Below, in pieces: positions 9,736 to 18,326 of a stretch of DNA of 64,000 bases. Source of the DNA: Candidatus Pacearchaeota archaeon (GTDB taxonomy: Archaea; Nanobdellota; Nanobdellia; Pacearchaeales; GW2011-AR1); the NCBI GenBank assembly GCA_038874355.1, contig JAVZCO010000001.1, positions 434,159 through 498,158 of the forward strand, given 5' to 3'. Under the pieces are notes generated by a model. It was not told the DNA's origin. It ran no database searches and saw nothing but the letters and a program-made list of their open reading frames with translations. Every line of letters starts with the position of its first letter. The stretch's first letter is position 1. The position numbers and the translations under genes were made by a program.

Positions 9736-11370
9736 ATGAAAAAAATATTTATTTTTTCTTTATTTAGTATCTTCACAATTAGTTTAGTTTTTGCTTCTTC
9801 TTATTACTATTATACTACAAATTGGTATTATCAAGGAAATCCAGTTAATAATGTTAGAGCAATGAATTTTAAATGTTTAGATAACGGTTGTTATAATTTA
9901 GGTGAAAAAACGTTTGATTTTACTTCACAGAGTAATAGTATAACTATTCCTTATTCTATTCCATCTCCACAATACGGCTATGCTAGTTATTGGTTCTCTT
10001 CTTGTTATATTTATCAAGAAATGGCTTGGAAACCCAATTCTATCGGGAGTTATTTACAAAATGTTAATTTCACAAAAAAAGAAAATTGTAATTCTTCTAT
10101 AGAAGAATTAATTTTTCCAGGTCTTATAAATAAGAGTCAAAATGTTAATATAACAGCAATAATAAAATCCGCTTTTTTTAATTTACCTGAAGCACCTTAT
10201 GCAGTTCCTTCTGATAAAGATCTTATAAAAGATTTTTTTTCTTCTGAAGTGAATATAACATTAGAAATAAAAAATTCTACAAAAAATATTGTTCATACTA
10301 GTTCAAAAGTAGATTATATTTATATGGATTCTTTAAAAGATATAGAATTTTATTGGATTCCGGATAAAGAAGGAATTTATAATATAACAATAAAAACAGA
10401 AGTTATTGATTGCAAATGTTCTTCTAATATAATAAATAAAAAATCGAAAATAATAATAGTTAATTTTACAGATCAATTTCCAATAAATGATACAAACCCT
10501 CCACAAATTACAATAATCTCACCAGCAAACATAACATATAACACAAACACAATTAACTTCAATATAACAGCAGATGAAAATTTAGATACTTGTATATATA
10601 CTTTAGATGAATGGCAAACAAATATAACCATGACAAAATTAAATGACACATACTTCTATAACATAACTCAATTAAACGACGGAAGCTACACAGCAAGGTT
10701 CTGGTGTAATGATACAGCTAGCAATGTAAATAATACAGAACAAGTTAGTTTTGTTGTTAATACTACAATAGAAGAAAATGACACAACAGAACCAATAATC
10801 TTTTTAATTTCTCCATCAAATAACTCTCAATTTTATGAAGGAAATATTAATTTCACTTATAAAGTAACAGATTTAAGCAATATATCTTATTGTAAATTTT
10901 ATTTAAATAACATAAGTGAATATACAGACAACTCTATTATAAAAGAAATTAATTTAACTATAACAAAAAATTTAACAAAAGGAAATTATTCTTGGTATAT
11001 AGAATGTGTAGATTCTTACAATAATGTTGGAGTAAGTGAAACAAGAACAATACATATTTTAGAAAAACAAAACAATACAGAAGAAACAGAAAAAAACAAG
11101 ACGAAAAAAAATGAAAGAGAAAAAAAAGAAATTTTAAAATTTGTTAAAGAAGAAGAAATATGCGGAAATTATATATGTGAATATTGGTTAGGAGAAAATG
11201 AATATAATTGTGAGAAAGACTGTTTAGAAAATATAAAACTTAATTATGAAAAAGAAAAAGTAACATTAAGCAAAAAAGAAACCAAAAATAATCTTATTTC
11301 ATTAATAATTTTTTTAATTTTATCAATTTTTATTCTTTTAATTATTATTTATCTTATTTTAAAAAAATAA
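9736..11370 (+). CDS. secreted cell-surface protein rich in N-glycosylation sequons, with C-terminal TM anchor
   Basis: Signal peptide; dozens of N-x-S/T sequons; Cys-rich pre-anchor region; C-terminal hydrophobic helix followed by KK. Confidence 0.5.
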   Translation: MKKIFIFSLFSIFTISLVFASSYYYYTTNWYYQGNPVNNVRAMNFKCLDNGCYNLGEKTFDFTSQSNSITIPYSIPSPQYGYASYWFSSCYIYQEMAWKPNSIGSYLQNVNFTKKENCNSSIEELIFPGLINKSQNVNITAIIKSAFFNLPEAPYAVPSDKDLIKDFFSSEVNITLEIKNSTKNIVHTSSKVDYIYMDSLKDIEFYWIPDKEGIYNITIKTEVIDCKCSSNIINKKSKIIIVNFTDQFPINDTNPPQITIISPANITYNTNTINFNITADENLDTCIYTLDEWQTNITMTKLNDTYFYNITQLNDGSYTARFWCNDTASNVNNTEQVSFVVNTTIEENDTTEPIIFLISPSNNSQFYEGNINFTYKVTDLSNISYCKFYLNNISEYTDNSIIKEINLTITKNLTKGNYSWYIECVDSYNNVGVSETRTIHILEKQNNTEETEKNKTKKNEREKKEILKFVKEEEICGNYICEYWLGENEYNCEKDCLENIKLNYEKEKVTLSKKETKNNLISLIIFLILSIFILLIIIYLILKK

Positions 11371-11547
11371 AAATTTATATAAAAAATATTAATTTTAAAT
11401 TATATCTTAAAATATAGAAATATTTATAAACTTCAATTTTTTTAAGTAAATTACTTTATACAATAAGTTGAATATAAAATTAAATAAAAATACAACATAT
11501 TGTATTTTAAATATATTTTTAATCAGAAATAAAAAGGGGAACAAGAT

Positions 11548-11979
11548 ATGAAATGTATTTATTGTGGCCACAAAGAAACGAAAGTAACTAATAAAAGGGA
11601 TATAAATGATTTTGTTAGAAGGAGGAGAGAATGTTTAAGATGTAAAAAAAGATTTACAACTTATGAAAAAGCAGAAATAGATTTGATTGTTATAAAAAAA
11701 GATGGGAGAAGAGAAAAATTTAATAGAGAAAAATTAAGAAACGGTATATTAAAAGCATGTGAGAAAAGACCAATAGCAATAGAAAAAATTGATAAGGTTA
11801 TAGCAGAAATAGAGGAAGAATTAAGAAAAAGAGGAAAAGAAATAAAAACTAAGATTATAGGGGAAATAGTAATGAAAAAATTAAAAAAATTAGATAAAAT
11901 AGCTTATATTCGATTTGCTTCAGTTTATAGAGAATTTAAAGATATAAGTGATTTTAAAAATGTAATGAAAGAGGTATAA
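11548..11979 (+). CDS. nrdR: NrdR transcriptional repressor (Zn-ribbon plus ATP-cone)
   Basis: MKCIYCGHKETKVTNKRD...CLRCKKRFTTYE zinc ribbon, then an ATP-cone (VIKKDGRREKFNREKL). Confidence 0.8.
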   Translation: MKCIYCGHKETKVTNKRDINDFVRRRRECLRCKKRFTTYEKAEIDLIVIKKDGRREKFNREKLRNGILKACEKRPIAIEKIDKVIAEIEEELRKRGKEIKTKIIGEIVMKKLKKLDKIAYIRFASVYREFKDISDFKNVMKEV

Positions 11980-11980
11980 A

Positions 11981-14104
11981 ATGGGAATTGAAAAAATAAT
12001 AAAAAGAGACGGTAGAATAGAAAAATTTGATCAGGAAAAAATAACCAATGCAATAAGAAAAGCAGTAAAAGCAGTTGGCGGAACAGATTTAGAAAAGAGA
12101 CCTAAATATCTTTCAGATTTAATTGTTAAAGAAATAGAAAAAAATATAGTAAGTAAAGGAAGAATACCACAAGTAGAAGAAGTACAAGACATTGTAGAAA
12201 AAATTTTAGTTGAAAATGGGCATTATCAAACAGCAAAAGCCTATATTTTATATCGTAATACACATAAAGAGCTAAGAGAATTAAAAGGACTTTTTGATAC
12301 AATAGAGGTGGTAGATGAATATCTTAATGGACAGGATTGGACAATAAGAGAAAATTCAAACATGGGTTTTTCACTTCAAGGATTAAATAATTTTATTTCA
12401 AATAAAATAGTTCCAAAATATTGGTTAAGAAAAATTTATCCAGAAAAAATAAGAAAAGCCCACGAAAATGGAGATATTCACATTCATGATCTAGGAATTC
12501 TAGGACCTTATTGTGTTGGTTGGGATTTAGAAGATTTATTAATTACAGGAATAACAGGTGTACCAGGAAAAGTCGAAGCTTCTCCGGCAAAACACTTAAG
12601 AACAGCTTTAGGGCAAATATGTAACTTTCTTTATACATTACAAGGAGAAGCTGCTGGTGCTCAAGCCTTTTCAAATTTTGATACATTTTTAGCTCCATTT
12701 GTAAGAAAAGATAATTTAAGTTATAAAGATGTTAAACAATGTTTACAAGAATTTTTATTTAATTTGAATGTACCAACAAGAGTAGGTTTTCAAACTCCTT
12801 TTACAAATATAACTTTAGACTTAAAAGTACCACAACATATGAAAGATAAAGCAGTTATAATCGGAGGAAAATTAGAAAATTTAGTTTATAAAGAATTTCA
12901 AGAAGAAATGAATATGATAAATAAAGCATTTGCAGAATGTATGTTAGAAGGAGATGCAAAGGGAAGAGTTTTTACTTTTCCTATTCCAACATACAATATA
13001 ACTAAAGATTTTGATTGGCAAAATACTAGTTATGATTTAATTTGGGAAATGACAGCTAAATATGGAATTCCTTACTTTTCAAATTTCATAAATTCTGATA
13101 TGAAACCAGAAGATGCAAGAAGCATGTGTTGTAGATTAAGACTAGACAAAAGAGAATTAAGTAAAAGAGGGGGAGGTTTATTTGGTTCTAATCCATTAAC
13201 AGGATCTATAGGAGTAGTTACTATTAATCTTCCACGTATAGGTTATCTTTGCAAAGATGAAAAATCTTTTTTTACTAGATTAGAAGAATTAATGGAAATT
13301 TGTAAGGATAGCTTAGAAATAAAAAGAAAAGTAATAGAAAACCTTACAGAAAAAGGATTATATCCTTATTCAAAATTTTATTTAAGAAATATAAAACAAA
13401 GATTTAATGAATATTGGAAAAATCATTTTTCTACTATAGGAATTTTAGGAATGAATGAAGCAATAATGAACTTAATGCCTAATGAAAATATCGCAACAGA
13501 AGAAGGAAGAAAATTCGCAATAAATGTTCTAGATTTTATGAGAGAGAAATTAAGAAAATATCAAGATGAAACAAATAATTTATATAACTTAGAAGCAACT
13601 CCTGGAGAAGGAACTACATATAGATTCGCAAGAATAGATAAAAAAAGATTTCCAGATATAATAGTAGCAAATGAAGAAGCTGTGAAAAAAGGTTATGCAC
13701 CTTATTATACTAATTCTACACAACTTCCTGTAAATTATACAGATGATATTTTTGAAGCTCTTACATTACAAGATGATTTACAAATAAGATATACTGGTGG
13801 AACTGTTTTTCACTGCTTTGTTGGGGAAAAATTAAAAGGAAATGACGTTAAGAATTTAGTTAAAAAAATAGCAGAAAATTTTAAACTACCTTATTTTACT
13901 ATAACACCAACTTTTTCTGTTTGTCCAGAACACGGCTATTTATCAGGAAAACATGAAATATGCCATAAATGTATGAGCATAGGGAAAAAAACAGAAACAG
14001 AAGTATATTCAAGAATAGTAGGTTATTTAAGACCTATACATCAGTGGAATGATGGAAAGCAAGCAGAATTTTATGATAGAAAAATGTTCAATATTTATAA
14101 ATGA
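11981..14104 (+). CDS. nrdD: anaerobic ribonucleoside-triphosphate reductase, class III
   Basis: 707 aa starting with an ATP-cone (IKRDGRIEKFDQEKI); SMCCRLRLD catalytic region; C-terminal CPEHG...CHKC zinc site; RxxGY glycyl-radical region near the C-terminus. Confidence 0.85.
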   Translation: MGIEKIIKRDGRIEKFDQEKITNAIRKAVKAVGGTDLEKRPKYLSDLIVKEIEKNIVSKGRIPQVEEVQDIVEKILVENGHYQTAKAYILYRNTHKELRELKGLFDTIEVVDEYLNGQDWTIRENSNMGFSLQGLNNFISNKIVPKYWLRKIYPEKIRKAHENGDIHIHDLGILGPYCVGWDLEDLLITGITGVPGKVEASPAKHLRTALGQICNFLYTLQGEAAGAQAFSNFDTFLAPFVRKDNLSYKDVKQCLQEFLFNLNVPTRVGFQTPFTNITLDLKVPQHMKDKAVIIGGKLENLVYKEFQEEMNMINKAFAECMLEGDAKGRVFTFPIPTYNITKDFDWQNTSYDLIWEMTAKYGIPYFSNFINSDMKPEDARSMCCRLRLDKRELSKRGGGLFGSNPLTGSIGVVTINLPRIGYLCKDEKSFFTRLEELMEICKDSLEIKRKVIENLTEKGLYPYSKFYLRNIKQRFNEYWKNHFSTIGILGMNEAIMNLMPNENIATEEGRKFAINVLDFMREKLRKYQDETNNLYNLEATPGEGTTYRFARIDKKRFPDIIVANEEAVKKGYAPYYTNSTQLPVNYTDDIFEALTLQDDLQIRYTGGTVFHCFVGEKLKGNDVKNLVKKIAENFKLPYFTITPTFSVCPEHGYLSGKHEICHKCMSIGKKTETEVYSRIVGYLRPIHQWNDGKQAEFYDRKMFNIYK

Positions 14105-14129
14105 AAATAAAAAGAATTTTTAGATAAAA

Positions 14130-14885
14130 ATGAGAATAATAGGTTTAGAGAAAAATTCTTTTATAGATTATTCTGGTAAATGTTCCCTTGTTATTTTTAC
14201 TAAAGGCTGTAATTTTAATTGTCCTACTTGTCATAATAAAATTGCTGTAAAACCAAATAAAAGAACAAATTTAATAAAAGAAGAAGAAATTTTTTATTAT
14301 TTAGAAAAAAGAAAAAAATTTATTGATGGTTTAGTTATTTCTGGTGGAGAACCAACTATACAAAAAGATTTAATTTCTTTTTTAGAAAAGTGTAAAAAAG
14401 AAAAAATACAAATAAAATTGGATACAAATGGCTATAAACCAGATATTTTAGAAGAAATTTTAGAGAAAAATCTTGTAGATTATGTTGCTTTAGATATTAA
14501 AGGGCCTAAAAATATTTATTCAGATTTAGTAGGAATTAACATAGATATTAAAAGAATTGAAGAAAGTATAAAAATAGTAAGCAAATTTTCAGAATACGAA
14601 TTTAGAACAACTATCGTACCTATAAAAAGGAATAAAGATTATATTTCTTGGATGAAAATTGAAGAATTAAAAGATACTTTAGAATGGGTTTATAATATAA
14701 TAAAAAATAAAGAATCAAAATATTTTCTACAAAAATTTTTTTCAAGAGAAGAAAAACAAATGTTAAATAAAAATTTCTCTTTAAATTATTTATCAAAAGA
14801 ATTACATGAAACTCCAAATTATTTAATAGAAGAAATGAAAAAAATAGCAAAGAAATATTTTCCAAAAATAGAGATAAGAGATTAA
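14130..14885 (+). CDS. nrdG: anaerobic RNR activating enzyme (radical SAM)
   Basis: CNFNCPTCHN cluster motif, VISGGEPT, and its position directly after nrdD. Confidence 0.8.
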   Translation: MRIIGLEKNSFIDYSGKCSLVIFTKGCNFNCPTCHNKIAVKPNKRTNLIKEEEIFYYLEKRKKFIDGLVISGGEPTIQKDLISFLEKCKKEKIQIKLDTNGYKPDILEEILEKNLVDYVALDIKGPKNIYSDLVGINIDIKRIEESIKIVSKFSEYEFRTTIVPIKRNKDYISWMKIEELKDTLEWVYNIIKNKESKYFLQKFFSREEKQMLNKNFSLNYLSKELHETPNYLIEEMKKIAKKYFPKIEIRD

Positions 14886-14950
14886 TCTTTAAAATAAAAA
14901 CAAAGATTTTTTAAATATAGTATTTTTATTTTTTATACCAATTTAATGAA

Positions 14951-15025
14951 GGTCCCGTAGCTCAGCCCGGTTAGAGCACTGGCCTTTTAAGCCAGGTGTC
15001 GGGGGTTCAAATCCCCTCGGGGCCA
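14951..15025 (+). tRNA. tRNA-Lys(UUU), no encoded CCA
   Basis: Acceptor ggtcccg/cggggcc with a U3:G70 wobble. D arm gctc-agcccggtta-gagc. Anticodon stem ctggc/gccag with loop cTTTTaa. T arm ggggg-ttcaaat-cccct, discriminator A. Confidence 0.85.
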
Positions 15026-15099
15026 TTTTTATAATCCTTTTATAATTTTCTTAAAAAACGAGCTCTGGCGTATTAAAGGGTCATTTTAAAATCACCTCT

Positions 15100-15327
15100 C
15101 TTTTTGTCGAATTCGGATTATTGAGACTTTGTTTTAATAAGCTCAGCCACACCTTTTTCATATTTGGAAGCAGGATATATTGGCCAGAATATTGTTTTAG
15201 CAGCTGCAGAAAATAATATAGGGGCATGTCCTGTTAGCGGTTTGTAGATGATACGTTAATAAAAATATTAGATTTGACAGAAGGGGAAATACCAGTTTAT
15301 ACAATAAGTTTAAGGAAAAAGAAATAA
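15100..15327 (+). pseudogene. nitroreductase-family gene remnant, frameshifted and truncated, with no start codon
   Basis: One frame reads YIGQNIVLAAAENNIGACPVSGL*, the classic nitroreductase C-terminal core. The next frame reads DDTLIKILDLTEGEIPVYTISLRKKK*. No intact ORF. The region is more GC-rich than its surroundings. Confidence 0.45.
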
Positions 15328-15355
15328 TTATAAATATCTTCTTTTTAATAAATTT

Positions 15356-16342
15356 ATGGAAGTTGATATAATTAATATTTTTAATTCAAATAAAAAAATT
15401 TCTGTGAAAATAGTTAATTTATTGGACAAATCAAAACTCTTAAATGATAAAGAGAAATTTTTTGATAGTTTATTAGATGATATAAAAAATGATGGAGAAA
15501 AAAATCACGTAGGAGGATTTTTAAATGAAAACTTATTAAAAAACCAGTTAGAAAGAGAAATTTTTGACAAAAGAATAATTAAAGTTTCAATAAATACGTA
15601 TAAAAAACTAAAAATTAAAGATATAAAACATTTAATAAAAGAAGTTATTAGTCATGTTAAAGCTTTTTTAAATTCTAAAAAAATTTTAGTTTATGTTTTT
15701 CCTACATTTTCGAACTTTATAATCAAAAAAATGAATGGTTGTAGTGGCTTTCTTGCTTACAAAAACATTATTCATATTTATTTATACCCGACAAAAAACT
15801 GGAAAACAAACTTTAAATGCACTCTTTTACACGAATTTGCTCATTGTATACAACCTTACTATTCTTATAAAATGAACCTTTTCGATCATCTAATTGCTGA
15901 AGGTTTAGCAGAACATTTTCAAATGGCCTTTACTAAAAAAAGAAATGCTATTTATTATACTTCTAAAGATAACAAAAAAATGGAGGCTTCTGTTTTGACT
16001 TTTGGTATTGGTTTACAAAGAATCCTATTTTCTATTATAGATTCAAATAGGAATAATAAAAGTATCAATTTTCCGGAAGAAATCAGGCCTTTTGAATATG
16101 CTATTGTATTGCACAAAGGGGAACAGGAATTAGCAGAGAGATGCTATTCTTTTTTAAAAGCAAAAAACAAAGATGTTTACATTGATGATAGAGACCTAAA
16201 TTTTAAAGATAAAATGGATTATGCTGATTTTCTTAATGTTCCTTATAAAATAATTATAGGAAAAAACTCATTAAATTCGAAATTAGAAATTAAAACTTCA
16301 AAGGATGTTACTATATATAAGACACTTGAGGAACTAATATGA
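15356..16342 (+). CDS. HExxH zinc-hydrolase domain fused to a class-II aminoacyl-tRNA synthetase anticodon-binding domain (HGTP_anticodon-like)
   Basis: LLHEFAHCIQ HExxH motif at about aa 160. C-terminal 90 aa PFEYAIVLHKGEQELAERCYSFLKAKNKDVYIDDRDLNFKDKMDYADFLNVPYKIIIGKNSLNSKLEIKTSKDVTIYKTLEEL matches the ProRS/ThrRS/GlyRS/HisRS anticodon-binding fold pattern. Overlaps the next gene by ATGA. Confidence 0.6.
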   Translation: MEVDIINIFNSNKKISVKIVNLLDKSKLLNDKEKFFDSLLDDIKNDGEKNHVGGFLNENLLKNQLEREIFDKRIIKVSINTYKKLKIKDIKHLIKEVISHVKAFLNSKKILVYVFPTFSNFIIKKMNGCSGFLAYKNIIHIYLYPTKNWKTNFKCTLLHEFAHCIQPYYSYKMNLFDHLIAEGLAEHFQMAFTKKRNAIYYTSKDNKKMEASVLTFGIGLQRILFSIIDSNRNNKSINFPEEIRPFEYAIVLHKGEQELAERCYSFLKAKNKDVYIDDRDLNFKDKMDYADFLNVPYKIIIGKNSLNSKLEIKTSKDVTIYKTLEELI

Positions 16343-17366
16343 TAAAGCCTAAAAAATTAGAAAAAGGAGATACCATTGCTTTTATTGCCCCAGCAGGTGG
16401 TTTAGCGGCATTAGTAAAGCATAGATTAACATTAGCTAAATCTTATTTTGAGAAAAATGGTTATAAAGTAAAAATCTATCCAACTGCATTGAAAAATATT
16501 GGCTTTAGTTCTGATACACCAGAAAATAGGGCAAAAGATGTTAATGATTCCTTTTCTAATCCAGATGTAAAAATGATACTATGCACTATAGGAGGAAATT
16601 CTTCTCATCAAATTCTAGATATTTAGATTTTGATTTAATAAGAAAAAATCCTAAAATATTTTGTGGTTATTCAGATATAACAACTTTGCATTTTGCATTA
16701 TATACAAAATGTAATTTTATAACTTTCTATGGTCCAACGGCAATTGCTGAATTTGGAGAAAAAATTAATTTCGAAAAGTATACTGAAGAGTATTTTTTTA
16801 AAGCAGTTGCTTCTAATTTACCTATCGGCAAGGTTTCACCATCAGAAAAATGGACTGATTGCAGAAAAGCAAATTGGCTAAAAAAAGAGGATTTACGATT
16901 AAAAAGAGAATATAAGAAAAATAAAGGTTATGAGTGGTTAAGAAAAGGAAAAGCTGAAGGAAAAATTATTGGCGGTTGTATTACTTCAATGATGCATACA
17001 AAGGGAACTGAATATTGGCCTGACTTTTCAGAAAAAATTCTTCTTTTAGAAACACCTGAAGGAGAATCTTTTTTTAAAGGAGAGCCCTTATCAAACATAG
17101 ATGGTTTTTTAGCAGATTTAAGGCTACTAGGTATACTTAAAAAAATAAAAGGTCTTATTTTTGGTAGAGGATTTGGGTATTCTGATGACGAGATAGAAAA
17201 ATTAAAAGAAATAATACTCTTTAACACACGAGGGTTTGACTTTCCAATTTTATACGGATTAGATATAGGTCATACTGATCCAAAAATAACTATTCCTTTA
17301 GGAGTAAGCGTTACTTTAGATTCTGAAAAAAACATTTTTTCAATAGATGAATCTGGAGTAAATTGA
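16339..17366 (+). pseudogene. S66 LD-carboxypeptidase (LdcA/MccF family) interrupted by a -1 frameshift near 16620
   Basis: ORFs 16339-16626 and 16581-17366 together give a complete S66 protein: IAFIAPAGG ... CTIGGNSSHQILD | YLDFDLIRKNPKIFCGYSDITTL. The frames join after a 1-nt slip at about 16620. No slippery heptamer is visible. Confidence 0.6.
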
Positions 17367-17370
17367 TTTC

Positions 17371-17586
17371 ACGCAACCCCCTTTTTATTGTAAAATCGTG
17401 TCCCGCCACCTCCGATTTCTGACTTCTTGCCATTCTAATCTGCCTCTGTAGGGGTTGCCACCGAAAATTCTCCTGTTGTTGCCTTCGTTAAAATTCACAA
17501 AACGAAAACAAAAAACCCAATTTGCTTCGCAAACAAAGTCTAACATTGGTTAAGCGGTTTCGCTCGCTACACCCAAAGATTTTTCT
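17371..17586 (+). repeat. 216-bp GC-rich intergenic element, copy 1 (identical to 21470-21685); candidate structured ncRNA or recombination repeat
   Basis: Perfect identity with copy 2 over 216 nt. About 45% GC in a roughly 25% GC genome. Contains the long-range complementary pair gcaacccc ... ggggttgc. Starts 5 nt after the S66 stop codon. Confidence 0.85.
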
Positions 17587-17628
17587 AAAAAAACGGGCAG
17601 GGGCTTTTTATAATGGACAATTAGTTTT

Positions 17629-18306
17629 CTAGAAAAAATACTTATATATTTTTCCAATTTTTAACTCTTTTTTATTTCCACTTTTGGAAAAAAAATAAGC
17701 GGAATTGATTCCAATTATTTTATTGGAAGAATTTTTTAAATATATTCCCGTTCCTTCTGGAAGACCAATAATTTCCATATCGGTTTCTTCAATAATCTTT
17801 AATATCTCTTTATCATATTTTTCTTCATAGTGACAAAATACGCCTCTTTCGTTCAATAAATTCATCCCTTCTAAATCAACTAATTTAAATTTATTTTTAT
17901 CTAGGGGTCTGGCAGTAATAATGCTTTTTGTTAATATTATCGCTCCGGCACTTATCCCATAAACTACTTTACCTTCTTTGATAAATTTTCTCAATATTTC
18001 AATAAAATTAGAATCTTTCAATTCTTTTAATAACCTAAAAGTGTTTCCTCCACCGATAACGATTCCTCTAACATTGTTTAAATCCTTAATTGACTTATCA
18101 TTTAGAGTCGTCCACATTTCAAAATTACTATGGTTGAAAGGTGAAAATAAATTTTCAATCATCCAATTTAAAGAAGATTGAAATTCTTCTTTTTCCCTTG
18201 AATGAGGAATAAAAATTATTCTTCCATTTCCTACACTCTTAAAAAATAACGAGTTTATCTCTTTTATTTGTTCCCCTTTCCCTCCTCCAGATAGTATCAA
18301 TTCCAT
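17629..18306 (-). CDS. S51-family peptidase (dipeptidase E / cyanophycinase-like)
   Basis: 225 aa; GGGNTFRLL and nucleophile motif GISAGAIIL; Rossmann-like class-I glutamine amidotransferase-like fold pattern. Confidence 0.7.
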   Translation of the reverse strand: MELILSGGGKGEQIKEINSLFFKSVGNGRIIFIPHSREKEEFQSSLNWMIENLFSPFNHSNFEMWTTLNDKSIKDLNNVRGIVIGGGNTFRLLKELKDSNFIEILRKFIKEGKVVYGISAGAIILTKSIITARPLDKNKFKLVDLEGMNLLNERGVFCHYEEKYDKEILKIIEETDMEIIGLPEGTGIYLKNSSNKIIGINSAYFFSKSGNKKELKIGKIYKYFF

Positions 18307-18326
18307 ATTATAGATTTATTGCGTTT

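Noticed and set aside
16339-17366. Treating 16339-16626 and 16581-17366 as two separate genes, or as a programmed frameshift
   Set aside because: The two pieces are contiguous halves of one S66 peptidase, with the conserved motifs split exactly at the overlap. No X XXY YYZ slippery heptamer or downstream pseudoknot is evident, so programmed recoding is unsupported. A mutation or a sequencing error is more parsimonious.
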